Source: SAR202 cluster bacterium (GTDB lineage Bacteria; Chloroflexota; Dehalococcoidia; Lucifugimonadales; Lucifugimonadaceae). Taken from it: a DNA stretch of 64,000 nucleotides. The translations under genes were made by a program, and so were the position numbers. The notes beneath the pieces were generated by a model. It saw nothing but the letters and a program-made list of their open reading frames with translations. It was not told where the DNA came from and did not search any database. Positions 39,111 through 47,825 of this stretch are shown here, one piece after another; the first letter of the stretch is position 1; every line of letters starts with the position of its first letter. Location: positions 1,995-65,994 of the forward strand of contig RQOS01000022.1 of NCBI GenBank assembly GCA_008373205.1. Reading direction: 5' to 3'.

Positions 39111-40514
39111 ATGCAACAAAGAGATAACGAAAATAGGCTAAGCCAAGAATATACAAATAGAGTACTATTGAATGGTACTCTTCAAACACCTAGATGGTGG
39201 TACCCTGTATTTTCAGTTTTACTTTTCTTCGTAGTTATTGGATTTGTTCTCTTTGCCATTCAAATCAAGTATGGCCTTGGAGTGACAGGTTTAAACAGAC
39301 CGGTCTATTGGGGACTATACATTACAACTTTTGTTTTCTGGGTTGGTATATCTCACGCAGGAATTATGATTTCTGCTATTTTGAGAATAACTCAAGCTGA
39401 ATGGAGAAGGCCTGTCACTAGAGCTGCTGAAATTCTTACTATTTTCTCTCTAGCAACTGCATTAGTATTTCCTCTTATCCACGCAGGAAGAACATGGAGA
39501 ATAGTTTACTGGTTAATTCCATATGATGCTGCTAGAGGCATTTGGCCAAACATTCGATCTCCATTATTTATGGATCCAATAGCTATATCTACTTACTTAA
39601 CAGGATCTACATTATTCTTATTTGTTGCTTTATTACCTGACCTAGCAGTTCTAAGAGACAGAACTACCGGTTTTAGAAAAGGCTTTTATACAATATTAGC
39701 AATGGGATGGAGAGGAAATCCTAGACAATGGAAAATGCAAGTCGTAGGAGGAATACTATTATCTGCACTTATGCTTCCTATTTTCGTTTCAGTTCATTCA
39801 ATAGTTTCTTGGGACTTTGCAGTAACAACAGCAGTTGAAGGATGGCATTCAACTATTTTTGCACCATATTTTGTTATAGGTGCTGTACATTCAGGTGTAT
39901 CTGCAGTTGTTACTATGATGGCTCTGATGAGATGGGGATGGGGATGGAATGATTTTATTAGACCAGAACATTTTGATGCTTTGGCAAGATTACTTACTGT
40001 AGTAGCTACAGCATGGTTAGGATTTACTTTCTTAGAATTATTATTCGCATTGTATGGACTTGATGCTCCAGAGATTGCATTAAGAGAAATGCAAATATTC
40101 CAATATCCTTGGAATATTCTATTCCTTTTGTTTTTACTTACAGGTTATATACTTCCTGTTCCAATGTGGTTATTTAAGAGAGTAAGAACAAACATAGGAT
40201 TGATGTTTTGGAGTTCAATTTTGGTCAATATAGGAATGTGGCTTGAAAGATTCTTAATTATCGTTCCTGGGCTGGCTAGAAAAAGTCCATTTGTATTTAC
40301 TTGGGAAGCTTACAGCCCAAGTTGGTTTGAATGGTATGTTTTATTTTGGTCATTCTGTTGGGTAACTATGTTAATGCTACTTTTTTCAAGAGTCTTTCCA
40401 TTAGTCCCTTTATTTGAACAAAAAGAAAGTGAAGTATTTAGCGATTCAATAAAAATTGGTCGTGCAACTGTTCCTACTATATTTAGAGAGGAAGAGGAGG
40501 AGGAAGAGGATTAG
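39111..40514 (+). CDS. actF: second ACIII NrfD-like polytopic subunit (ActF-like)
   Basis: 467 aa, homologous in layout to the preceding gene (LPDLAVLRD vs LPDFALMRD). Poly-Glu C-terminus REEEEEEED. Confidence 0.72.
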   Translation: MQQRDNENRLSQEYTNRVLLNGTLQTPRWWYPVFSVLLFFVVIGFVLFAIQIKYGLGVTGLNRPVYWGLYITTFVFWVGISHAGIMISAILRITQAEWRRPVTRAAEILTIFSLATALVFPLIHAGRTWRIVYWLIPYDAARGIWPNIRSPLFMDPIAISTYLTGSTLFLFVALLPDLAVLRDRTTGFRKGFYTILAMGWRGNPRQWKMQVVGGILLSALMLPIFVSVHSIVSWDFAVTTAVEGWHSTIFAPYFVIGAVHSGVSAVVTMMALMRWGWGWNDFIRPEHFDALARLLTVVATAWLGFTFLELLFALYGLDAPEIALREMQIFQYPWNILFLLFLLTGYILPVPMWLFKRVRTNIGLMFWSSILVNIGMWLERFLIIVPGLARKSPFVFTWEAYSPSWFEWYVLFWSFCWVTMLMLLFSRVFPLVPLFEQKESEVFSDSIKIGRATVPTIFREEEEEEED

Positions 40515-40516
40515 TT

Positions 40517-41020
40517 ATGAGTAAAAGTATTTTAGGTTTGTATGTTGATCCAAATAATGCCGCAGACGCTATGGACGGACTTAAGGATTCAGGTTTTGAA
40601 AGAGGCACTTTTGATGTGCTTACTGGAACACCATATCCTGAGGGAGCATTTGGTGAATATGTGCCACAACACAGATTATTTAGATTCCCTGCTTTTGGAG
40701 CAATAATGGGGTTTTCATTATCTTTATTTCTAACTACTGCTACACAATTAGCTTATCCATTAATTACTGGTGGTAAGCCAATTCTATCAATATTTGCAAT
40801 GTTGATTATTATGTATGAAATGACTATGCTATCAGCTGTAATATTTAGTGTTATTGGTATTATTTTTGAGTCTAGATTACCAAATATTAATCCAGGAGTT
40901 TATGATGCAAGAATAACGGAAGGTTATATTGGCGTTGTTATAACAGTTGATGATGACGATTTGGATAAAGCAAAAAAGGTACTAGAAAAAACAGGTTCAG
41001 AAGATATAAAGGTTGCATAA
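40517..41020 (+). CDS. actD: ACIII subunit ActD (DUF3341)
   Basis: ILGLYVDPNNAADAMDGLKDSGF soluble head, then two TM helices. 167 aa. Confidence 0.75.
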   Translation: MSKSILGLYVDPNNAADAMDGLKDSGFERGTFDVLTGTPYPEGAFGEYVPQHRLFRFPAFGAIMGFSLSLFLTTATQLAYPLITGGKPILSIFAMLIIMYEMTMLSAVIFSVIGIIFESRLPNINPGVYDARITEGYIGVVITVDDDDLDKAKKVLEKTGSEDIKVA

Positions 41021-41035
41021 AAAGGAAATATTATT

Positions 41036-41557
41036 TTGATTTCAATAAATAAAAATTTAATAGCTATTTTTGCCTTATCAGCATTTTTATTTGCGGGATG
41101 TATTCAACAATCTAATACTTATCCTGTGGAAATTTTTAGTGAAATGCATTACAACCAAGCTCAAAAATATCAAGAACCTCCTAGGGTCCCTGCTCATCCT
41201 GATAGTGTTCCTTTCAATGGTATTGGAGAAAAATCCAACTTGGATATGTCCCAAAAGATTCAATCTGTAAATAATGGATCTGAGCTTTACTCAGTAAATT
41301 GTGCGTTTTGTCATGGAGATATGGGAGATGGCTATGGTCCAGCTGCTGAAAAAATTACATCTAAAGATAATTATTGGTATAGCGTTACAGGAGAAGCTCA
41401 TAAAAATCCTGCAAACTTAATTGTGTCAGAATTAAGTAAAGAAAATGCAGTAGTATTTATAAAAGGTGGAGCTGGTCTTATGCCTGCTTACAAAAATATG
41501 CTTACAGAGGAAGAAATTGAATCTATTGTAGATTATGTTTGGGATGACTTACGTTAG
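41036..41557 (+). CDS. actE: ACIII monohaem cytochrome c lipoprotein ActE
   Basis: Lipobox LFAGC. Single CAFCH haem site with a downstream Met (GLMPAY). TTG start. Confidence 0.75.
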   Translation: MISINKNLIAIFALSAFLFAGCIQQSNTYPVEIFSEMHYNQAQKYQEPPRVPAHPDSVPFNGIGEKSNLDMSQKIQSVNNGSELYSVNCAFCHGDMGDGYGPAAEKITSKDNYWYSVTGEAHKNPANLIVSELSKENAVVFIKGGAGLMPAYKNMLTEEEIESIVDYVWDDLR

Positions 41558-41939
41558 TAATTTCAAATCAATTCGTTTTTTTTCTATAATATCTTTTCTT
41601 ATTTTAATATCCTGTATTATTCCTACTGAACAAACTAAAGATGATCTGTACATAAAGCTTGAAAAAGAAATAATGTGCCCAGTATGTGATGGACAAACTT
41701 TAGATCAATCTCAATCCTTAATTGCTGAAGATATGAAAAATAGTATCAAGGAAAAGATTTCCGAAGGATATAATGAAGAAGAGATTAAAAATTATTTTAT
41801 AGATAGATACGGACAAAACGTAGTAGCATATCCATCAACTACTGGGTTTAATTTATTAGCTTATTTTGTACCTATCTTTGGATTAATTCTGAGCATACTA
41901 ATTTTTACTTTTTATATTCGAAGACAAAAAGTGGGATAG
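41535..41939 (+). CDS. ccmH: cytochrome c maturation protein CcmH/NrfF-like
   Basis: N-terminal anchor, CPVCDGQTLDQSQS redox motif, C-terminal TM helix. Confidence 0.7.
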   Translation: MFGMTYVSNFKSIRFFSIISFLILISCIIPTEQTKDDLYIKLEKEIMCPVCDGQTLDQSQSLIAEDMKNSIKEKISEGYNEEEIKNYFIDRYGQNVVAYPSTTGFNLLAYFVPIFGLILSILIFTFYIRRQKVG

Positions 41940-41944
41940 GCTTA

Positions 41945-43894
41945 ATGAACAATTTTGGTTTCTATATTTTGATACTTGGATTGGTACTTTCAGTTCAATC
42001 TACATTATTATTTTTTATTGGTGAAAAATTACATAATAATAAAATACTCATTAGTGCTAAAAGAAGTTTCTATTTAGTAAGTCTTATGGTTTCTATAGGA
42101 GCTTTTGCTCTAATTTATTCCTTTCTAACAAATGATTTTTCAAATATTTATGTTGCTAATCATTCTAGTTTGGATATGAATCCTGCATTAACATTTGTTG
42201 CTTTTTATTCGGGTAATGAAGGATCATTATTATATATTCTTTTAGTACACGTTTTGCTTAGTAGCGTAATGTATAGATTTGCACAAACTGCAATTAAAGA
42301 AAAATTAAGTTATCCTTGCGCTATTCTGTCATTTATAAGCTCATTCTACTTAATTGTTTTGATATTTTTTGCAAATCCTTTTGAAGTATCAGAATTTATC
42401 CCTGCTGATGGTAAGGGTATTAATCCTTTATTGAGACATCCAGGAATGTATATTCATCCTCCATTACTAATGTCTGGATTAGCTTCTATTTCAATCCCTT
42501 TTGTTCTGTGTCAAGGATCATTATTTGATAAATCAGGAATGGTCCCTTGGTATAGTACTCTAAGAATTTGGTGCTTAATTTCTTGGGCAGTTTTGGGTGC
42601 TGGTTTACTTATTGGAGCATGGTGGGCGTACACAATATTAGGCTGGGGTGGTTATTGGGGATGGGATCCAATAGAAAATGTAGGATTAATGCCTTGGTTA
42701 GTATTAACAGCATTAATTCATTCATTAATGGTTGAAGAAAGAAGAGGGATTTTTAGACTATGGAATATAATTTTGGTTTCTCTAACTTTTATACTAGCTC
42801 TATTAGGAACATTTATTAATAGAGGTGGCCCTGTTGTATCAGTACATTCTTTCGCAGCTTCTACTCTAGGATTTTTATTCTTAGCATTTATGATAGTTTT
42901 GACTTTCTATAGTGTGATTTCTATAATTTATAACTACCAAAACTTAACTAAAAATAATATCAAAATAGAATCATATTTATCAAGAGAAGCCTCATTTTTA
43001 TTAAATAATATACTTCTAGTAATGACTTCATTAATTATTTTATGGGGAGTTATTTTCCCCGTTGTTTCAATCCTTTTAAATGGAACCGAAATAAGTGTTT
43101 CTGCTCCTTATTTTAATAAAACTGCGGGACCTTTACTTTTATTAATAATAATTCTTATGGGGATTGGTCCAATACTATCATGGAGAAGAACAACAAAAAG
43201 AGCTACTTTTTTTAGATTATTACCCTCAATAATTATTACAACTTTTATGGGTTTTTATCTTTTCATTTATGGCATAAGAGAATTCTTTCCATTGATTTCA
43301 TTTTTATCAATAATTTTTGTATTAACTATTATTCTTAGAGAATGGATAGGAGGAACTAAATCTAGGATGGGTAAATCTTATAATCCTCTACCCTCTTTTT
43401 TTAAAATGATTGTTTCAAATAGAGGAAGAAATGGAGGATACGTAGTCCATCTTGCAATACTTGCTTTAGCTTTCGGTGTAGTTGGGACAAAATTTTATGA
43501 TGAACGATTAGACCTGAATCTTTCAATTCAAGATGAAGTTGAGTTTAAACACTACTCAATCATATTTGATAGCATTCAACAGGAATTTATAGCAGAAAAT
43601 TCTATTACTAAAGCAAATTTTATTATCTCAAATAAAGAATCAAAAGAAAATTTAGGCGATATTACTGCAATGCATTCTTACTATCCAAATTATAATCAAA
43701 TAAGTGTCAGATCAGGTATCTTGAGCAACCCAATTGAAGATCTATATATAATTCCAAAGGATTTTATTGATGATAAAAATATGACTATTAGAATTGCTAT
43801 TAATCCACTTGCTTGGTGGATTTGGTTATCTGGACCTATTTTAATCATTGGAACTCTGATTACTCTTTGGCCAAGTAAGACAAGAAAGGAATAG
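41945..43894 (+). CDS. ccmF: cytochrome c haem lyase CcmF
   Basis: 649 aa polytopic. W-rich haem-handling motif WGGYWGWDPIEN. Confidence 0.85.
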   Translation: MNNFGFYILILGLVLSVQSTLLFFIGEKLHNNKILISAKRSFYLVSLMVSIGAFALIYSFLTNDFSNIYVANHSSLDMNPALTFVAFYSGNEGSLLYILLVHVLLSSVMYRFAQTAIKEKLSYPCAILSFISSFYLIVLIFFANPFEVSEFIPADGKGINPLLRHPGMYIHPPLLMSGLASISIPFVLCQGSLFDKSGMVPWYSTLRIWCLISWAVLGAGLLIGAWWAYTILGWGGYWGWDPIENVGLMPWLVLTALIHSLMVEERRGIFRLWNIILVSLTFILALLGTFINRGGPVVSVHSFAASTLGFLFLAFMIVLTFYSVISIIYNYQNLTKNNIKIESYLSREASFLLNNILLVMTSLIILWGVIFPVVSILLNGTEISVSAPYFNKTAGPLLLLIIILMGIGPILSWRRTTKRATFFRLLPSIIITTFMGFYLFIYGIREFFPLISFLSIIFVLTIILREWIGGTKSRMGKSYNPLPSFFKMIVSNRGRNGGYVVHLAILALAFGVVGTKFYDERLDLNLSIQDEVEFKHYSIIFDSIQQEFIAENSITKANFIISNKESKENLGDITAMHSYYPNYNQISVRSGILSNPIEDLYIIPKDFIDDKNMTIRIAINPLAWWIWLSGPILIIGTLITLWPSKTRKE

Positions 43895-43895
43895 A

Positions 43896-43994
43896 ATGGA
43901 ATTTATATTATCAATAATTTTTTTAGGATTAGTTTTGATTTCTACATATCTAATAATTATTCCATTTTATAAAAATACGGATAAAGATGACTAA
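43896..43994 (+). CDS. 32-aa hydrophobic peptide (not in the ORF track)
   Basis: My translation: MEFILSIIFLGLVLISTYLIIIPFYKNTDKDD. AAGGA SD 5 nt before ATG 43896. Starts 2 nt after the ccmF stop and overlaps the next start by 8 nt. One TM helix. Confidence 0.3.
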   Translation: MEFILSIIFLGLVLISTYLIIIPFYKNTDKDD

Positions 43995-44754
43995 AAAAAT
44001 AAAACAGATCAATATTTTTTTTCTATCATTATTTTTGATGATTCAGATATCAAGTTCAATAAATTATACTTTTGCAGATGAAGACTTAAGTATTAACGAA
44101 ATAAATATAAATGAATACAATATGTCAGTATTATCAGTTAATCAAAATGATCAAATTATTTCCGCAATAACTGCAGTTAAAATTGAAAATCCTACGGAAA
44201 AAACATTTGCACCTAATTTTACAGATGTAGCTTCCACTGGCATGAATTTTCTTAGATTCAGTCTCCCCGAAGGCTTCACTGATTTATATGTTGAAACAGA
44301 TCTACCAGATGGGAGCTTAATTGAATTGGCAAAAGGTTTTGCTATCACTTCAGATATACCTCCAGGAAATTTTAATTTAATATTTAATTTCAATGTGAAG
44401 TATAACTCGTCAGAACTAATTTTCCCCTTACATTTACCACATGGTGCCAAAAGCTTTAAAATTATTATTCCTGATGAATCAGGTTTGATTTCTGGTAATA
44501 ATATTTCTTTCTCTAAAGAAATAAGCATCTCATCAAAAATATTTGATGAATATGTTGGTGAAAATTATTCAAAAGGAGATTACTTAAATATCAAAATGGA
44601 TAATATTCCTACATCTTTTATTAAGAAGATTACTGGGAGTCTGAATTATGAAATAATAAATTTAGTAATTATAATCATAATGATTAATTTTATTCTAGTT
44701 TTTTTTCTAGTCAGATTTTTCTTAAATAAACGAAAGAAAAATGAAACTGCTTAG
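43987..44754 (+). CDS. secreted, C-terminally anchored beta-rich protein of unknown function
   Basis: Signal peptide (IFFLSLFLMIQISSS), about 190-aa polar domain, C-terminal TM plus basic stop-transfer (FLNKRKKNE). Sits between ccmF and the thioredoxin gene. Confidence 0.5.
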   Translation: MTKKIKQINIFFLSLFLMIQISSSINYTFADEDLSINEININEYNMSVLSVNQNDQIISAITAVKIENPTEKTFAPNFTDVASTGMNFLRFSLPEGFTDLYVETDLPDGSLIELAKGFAITSDIPPGNFNLIFNFNVKYNSSELIFPLHLPHGAKSFKIIIPDESGLISGNNISFSKEISISSKIFDEYVGENYSKGDYLNIKMDNIPTSFIKKITGSLNYEIINLVIIIIMINFILVFFLVRFFLNKRKKNETA

Positions 44755-45328
44755 TACAAAAAACTTAATAGCTTTTATGTCATTCTTATTTTTGATTTTA
44801 TTTTTTTCTTTAATGATTGCCGGAAGTTTGAGTGAAAAAACTCCCAAAATAAACTTAGGAGTTAATAGTGTTTTAGGGGAAGTTGATATATCTGCTCCCG
44901 AAGGAACAAATTTTAGCTTAGAAAACTTAGATGGTAAAAATGTAAATTTATCAGATTATCAAGGAAGTCCTTTAGTAATAGATTTCTGGTCTTCATGGTG
45001 TGGACCTTGCATTAAAGAAGCCTCGATTTTGTCTGAAGCTGAAAAAGAATGGAGTTTCAGAGGAATCAAATTCATTGGAATAGCTGTATGGGATGAATCT
45101 GATCAAATAAAAGAATTTATGAATAAATATAATATTCAGTACGATATAGTAATTGATAAAAATGGTAGCACTGCAGTAGACTTTGGAGTAATAGCTGTGC
45201 CTGAAAAATTTTTTGTCACTAGTGATGGATCTTTCGCCTTTAAGATTAATGGTCCAAACAACAAAGAATCATTGGATGGTTACCTAAACAGACTTCTGGA
45301 AGAGGATAAAAAACATAATGGCAATTAA
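44741..45328 (+). CDS. membrane-anchored thioredoxin-like protein (TlpA/ResA/CcmG family)
   Basis: N-terminal anchor. FWSSWCGPC active site. AhpC/TSA-like fold length. Confidence 0.8.
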   Translation: MKLLSTKNLIAFMSFLFLILFFSLMIAGSLSEKTPKINLGVNSVLGEVDISAPEGTNFSLENLDGKNVNLSDYQGSPLVIDFWSSWCGPCIKEASILSEAEKEWSFRGIKFIGIAVWDESDQIKEFMNKYNIQYDIVIDKNGSTAVDFGVIAVPEKFFVTSDGSFAFKINGPNNKESLDGYLNRLLEEDKKHNGN

Positions 45329-45707
45329 TAATTATGAAACAGGTCATAAATTTGGCCCTTATGAACTTAATTATGACGAAAAATCTTCAATAGAATATTC
45401 TAAAGCGATTAAAAATAGAGATATAAATTTTCATTCTCCATTTTATTTGATTTCTTCAAGTTTTGGGATTCTTTTGGAAGAAATTGATTTAGAAGAAGGA
45501 GCAGTTCATTTAAATCAATCTGTTAATTGGATAAATGAGTTTGATAAAGTAGAAACTATTTTTGCATCTCCTGAAATAATCTCTAAATCTGAAAGAAGAG
45601 GGAATGTCTTCATTAAGATTAAAATTGAATACTGTAATAAATCTAAAATGAAGTTAGGAGAATCAGTTAGTACAATCTTAATAAATAATTCAGGAGAAAA
45701 AGATTAA
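45318..45707 (+). CDS. hot-dog-fold protein, MaoC-dehydratase N-terminal type (HadA-like)
   Basis: 129 aa. The layout resembles the non-catalytic N-terminal hot-dog of two-part (3R)-hydroxyacyl dehydratases. Directly precedes the catalytic MaoC-type gene. Confidence 0.5.
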   Translation: MAINNYETGHKFGPYELNYDEKSSIEYSKAIKNRDINFHSPFYLISSSFGILLEEIDLEEGAVHLNQSVNWINEFDKVETIFASPEIISKSERRGNVFIKIKIEYCNKSKMKLGESVSTILINNSGEKD

Positions 45708-46068
45708 AGATATTTATGAAATAGTTGTAACTCAGCAAATGATTAACGATTATGCTAATGCTTCAAAAGATTTCAACCCAATTCATATTGATGAAAATTT
45801 TGCAAAAAAAACTCCATTCAAAAAAAGAATTGCACATGGAATGTTAAGTTTATCTATAATTATGGAATATCTTTATAAATATTACTCAAAGGACTGGTTC
45901 AATAATTCAAGCTTTGAAGGTAGATTTAAGAATCCTTTATTTGCAGAAGAAAAGATAAAAATAATTTTGGAAGAAAAAAATACTGATGGAAGTAAAAAAA
46001 ATATAAAAATTCAATGTTTAAAAGAAAATGGTGATGAAGTAGTTTCTGCTTCATTTACTACAGAATAA
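45703..46068 (+). CDS. MaoC-type (R)-specific hydratase/dehydratase hot-dog protein (HadB-like); start probably ATT 45703
   Basis: Catalytic segment SKDFNPIHIDENFAKKTPFKKRIAHG. The track start ATG 45739 lacks an SD. AGGAG (45692-45696) plus 6 nt precedes in-frame ATT 45703, which restores the first strand (KDIYEIVVTQQ). Confidence 0.7.
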   Translation: MKDIYEIVVTQQMINDYANASKDFNPIHIDENFAKKTPFKKRIAHGMLSLSIIMEYLYKYYSKDWFNNSSFEGRFKNPLFAEEKIKIILEEKNTDGSKKNIKIQCLKENGDEVVSASFTTE

Positions 46069-46080
46069 AAGAGGGGAAAA

Positions 46081-47079
46081 ATGGAAAAATTTAATGGAGT
46101 CATAGCTTTAGATGCAATGGGTGGAGATTATGGACCAGATGTAACTGTTCCAGCAGCTATTAAAGCTATAACTGAATTAGGAATAAAAGTTGTATTAGTT
46201 GGTGATGAAAATGAAATTAATACAGAGCTAAAAAAATACCCAAAGGAAATATCAGAAAAAATGAAGATAATTCCATCAGAAGGTATCGTTATGGAAGGAG
46301 AAAGTCCTGTTAATGCTTACAGAAATAAACCAAAGGCTTCAGTATTTATTTCAGCTGGATTAGTTAAAAAAGGTATTGCACAAGGTTTTGTAAGCATGGG
46401 CTCTTCTGGAGCTACTTTAGCTGCTGCTACTATATTATTTGGGACTATAGAAGGAATAGAAAGAGGTTCAATAGGAGGACCAGTAATCGGTTATTCACCT
46501 GAAATGATCTTGTTAGACTTAGGATCAAATGTAGATACAAAACCTACTCAATTAGTAGATTTTGCAGCTATTGGTGATCAAGTATCAAAATTGATGTTTA
46601 ATAAAGATAATCCTAAAGTCGCGCTATTATCAGTAGGTTCTGAAAAAGGAAAAGGAAATATGCTCATAAAAGATTCTTACGAACTTTTATCTAAAAGCTC
46701 ATTAAATTTTGTTGGGAATATAGAACCGGAAGATCTATTTGAACAAAAGGTGGATGTAGTAATTTGTGATGGATTTGTTGGAAATATTTTACTAAAAATA
46801 ACAGAAGGATTAGGTAAAAAAATATCAAATGAAATATTAGAAAAAACTGGTAATGACGAATTAGCTAAAGAAATTTATAACAAAACAAATATTGTCTCTG
46901 AATCTTATGGAGGAGGACCAATTTTTGGAATTAAAGGAATTGGCATAATAGGGCATGGAGCTTCAAAGGTAGATACAATTGTAAGTGCTATAAATACAGC
47001 AAAGATTACTATAGAAAATAATTGGGTTGAAAAACAAATAGAAGCTATAAACAAAATCAGATCAGAAACTAAGGAATAA
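46081..47079 (+). CDS. plsX: phosphate acyltransferase PlsX
   Basis: IALDAMGGDYGP and VICDGFVGNILLK motifs. 332 aa. Confidence 0.9.
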   Translation: MEKFNGVIALDAMGGDYGPDVTVPAAIKAITELGIKVVLVGDENEINTELKKYPKEISEKMKIIPSEGIVMEGESPVNAYRNKPKASVFISAGLVKKGIAQGFVSMGSSGATLAAATILFGTIEGIERGSIGGPVIGYSPEMILLDLGSNVDTKPTQLVDFAAIGDQVSKLMFNKDNPKVALLSVGSEKGKGNMLIKDSYELLSKSSLNFVGNIEPEDLFEQKVDVVICDGFVGNILLKITEGLGKKISNEILEKTGNDELAKEIYNKTNIVSESYGGGPIFGIKGIGIIGHGASKVDTIVSAINTAKITIENNWVEKQIEAINKIRSETKE

Positions 47080-47081
47080 AA

Positions 47082-47825
47082 ATGGAAGAATTATCAAGAG
47101 TAGTACTTATTACTGGTGCATCTAGAGGAATAGGAAGGGCTATAGCTTTAAGACTTGCAGAACAGGGTCACAGAATTGCTGTCAATTATAACTCCCACAA
47201 AGAAGATGCTGAAAAAGTATTAGAAGAAATTAATAAATTAGGTGCCAGTGGAATAATTGTAAAAGCAAATGTATCTGTTCTTGATGAAGTTCAAGAAATG
47301 ATAAAAACAGTTGAAAATTCTTTGGGGAACATTGAAATTCTATACAATAATGCAGGAATTATTTCAGATTCGCTTCTTATGAGAATGAAACCTGAAGACT
47401 TTGATAAGGTAATAGATACTAACCTTAAAGGTACTTTTTATTGCACTAAGCTTTGTATAAATAATATGATAAAAAATAGATGGGGCAGAGTAATAAATAT
47501 CTCGTCTGTTGTAGGAATAAGAGGTAATATAGGTCAATCCAATTACTCAGCATCAAAAGCGGGAATCCATTCATTTACTAAGTCTGTAGCAAAAGAAGTA
47601 GCAACTAGAAATATTACAGTAAATGTTATTGCACCAGGATATGTATCAACAGCTACAACTAATGTTCTGTCCGAAAAAGTAAAAAAAGAAGTTATGTCAT
47701 GGATACCTATGCAAAGATTTGGAGAACCAGAAGAAATTGCTCCGATTGCTGCATTCTTATCTAGAGAAGAAGCAAGATATATCACAGGTGAGATAATCAG
47801 AGTAGATGGTGGAATGGCTATATGA
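47082..47825 (+). CDS. fabG: 3-oxoacyl-ACP reductase FabG
   Basis: TGASRGIGRAIA, NNAG, SS..YSASKAG, and the IRVDGGMA tail. Confidence 0.85.
   Translation: MEELSRVVLITGASRGIGRAIALRLAEQGHRIAVNYNSHKEDAEKVLEEINKLGASGIIVKANVSVLDEVQEMIKTVENSLGNIEILYNNAGIISDSLLMRMKPEDFDKVIDTNLKGTFYCTKLCINNMIKNRWGRVINISSVVGIRGNIGQSNYSASKAGIHSFTKSVAKEVATRNITVNVIAPGYVSTATTNVLSEKVKKEVMSWIPMQRFGEPEEIAPIAAFLSREEARYITGEIIRVDGGMAI

Noticed and set aside
45685-45741. A programmed frameshift fusing the HadA-like and HadB-like hot-dog ORFs.
   Set aside because: The downstream frame is +1 relative to the upstream frame. GAGAAAAAG is not a canonical X-XXY-YYZ -1 slippery heptamer, and a -1 slip would land in the wrong frame. 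Two separate subunits are the known Had architecture. An SD-spaced ATT start explains the open upstream frame better.
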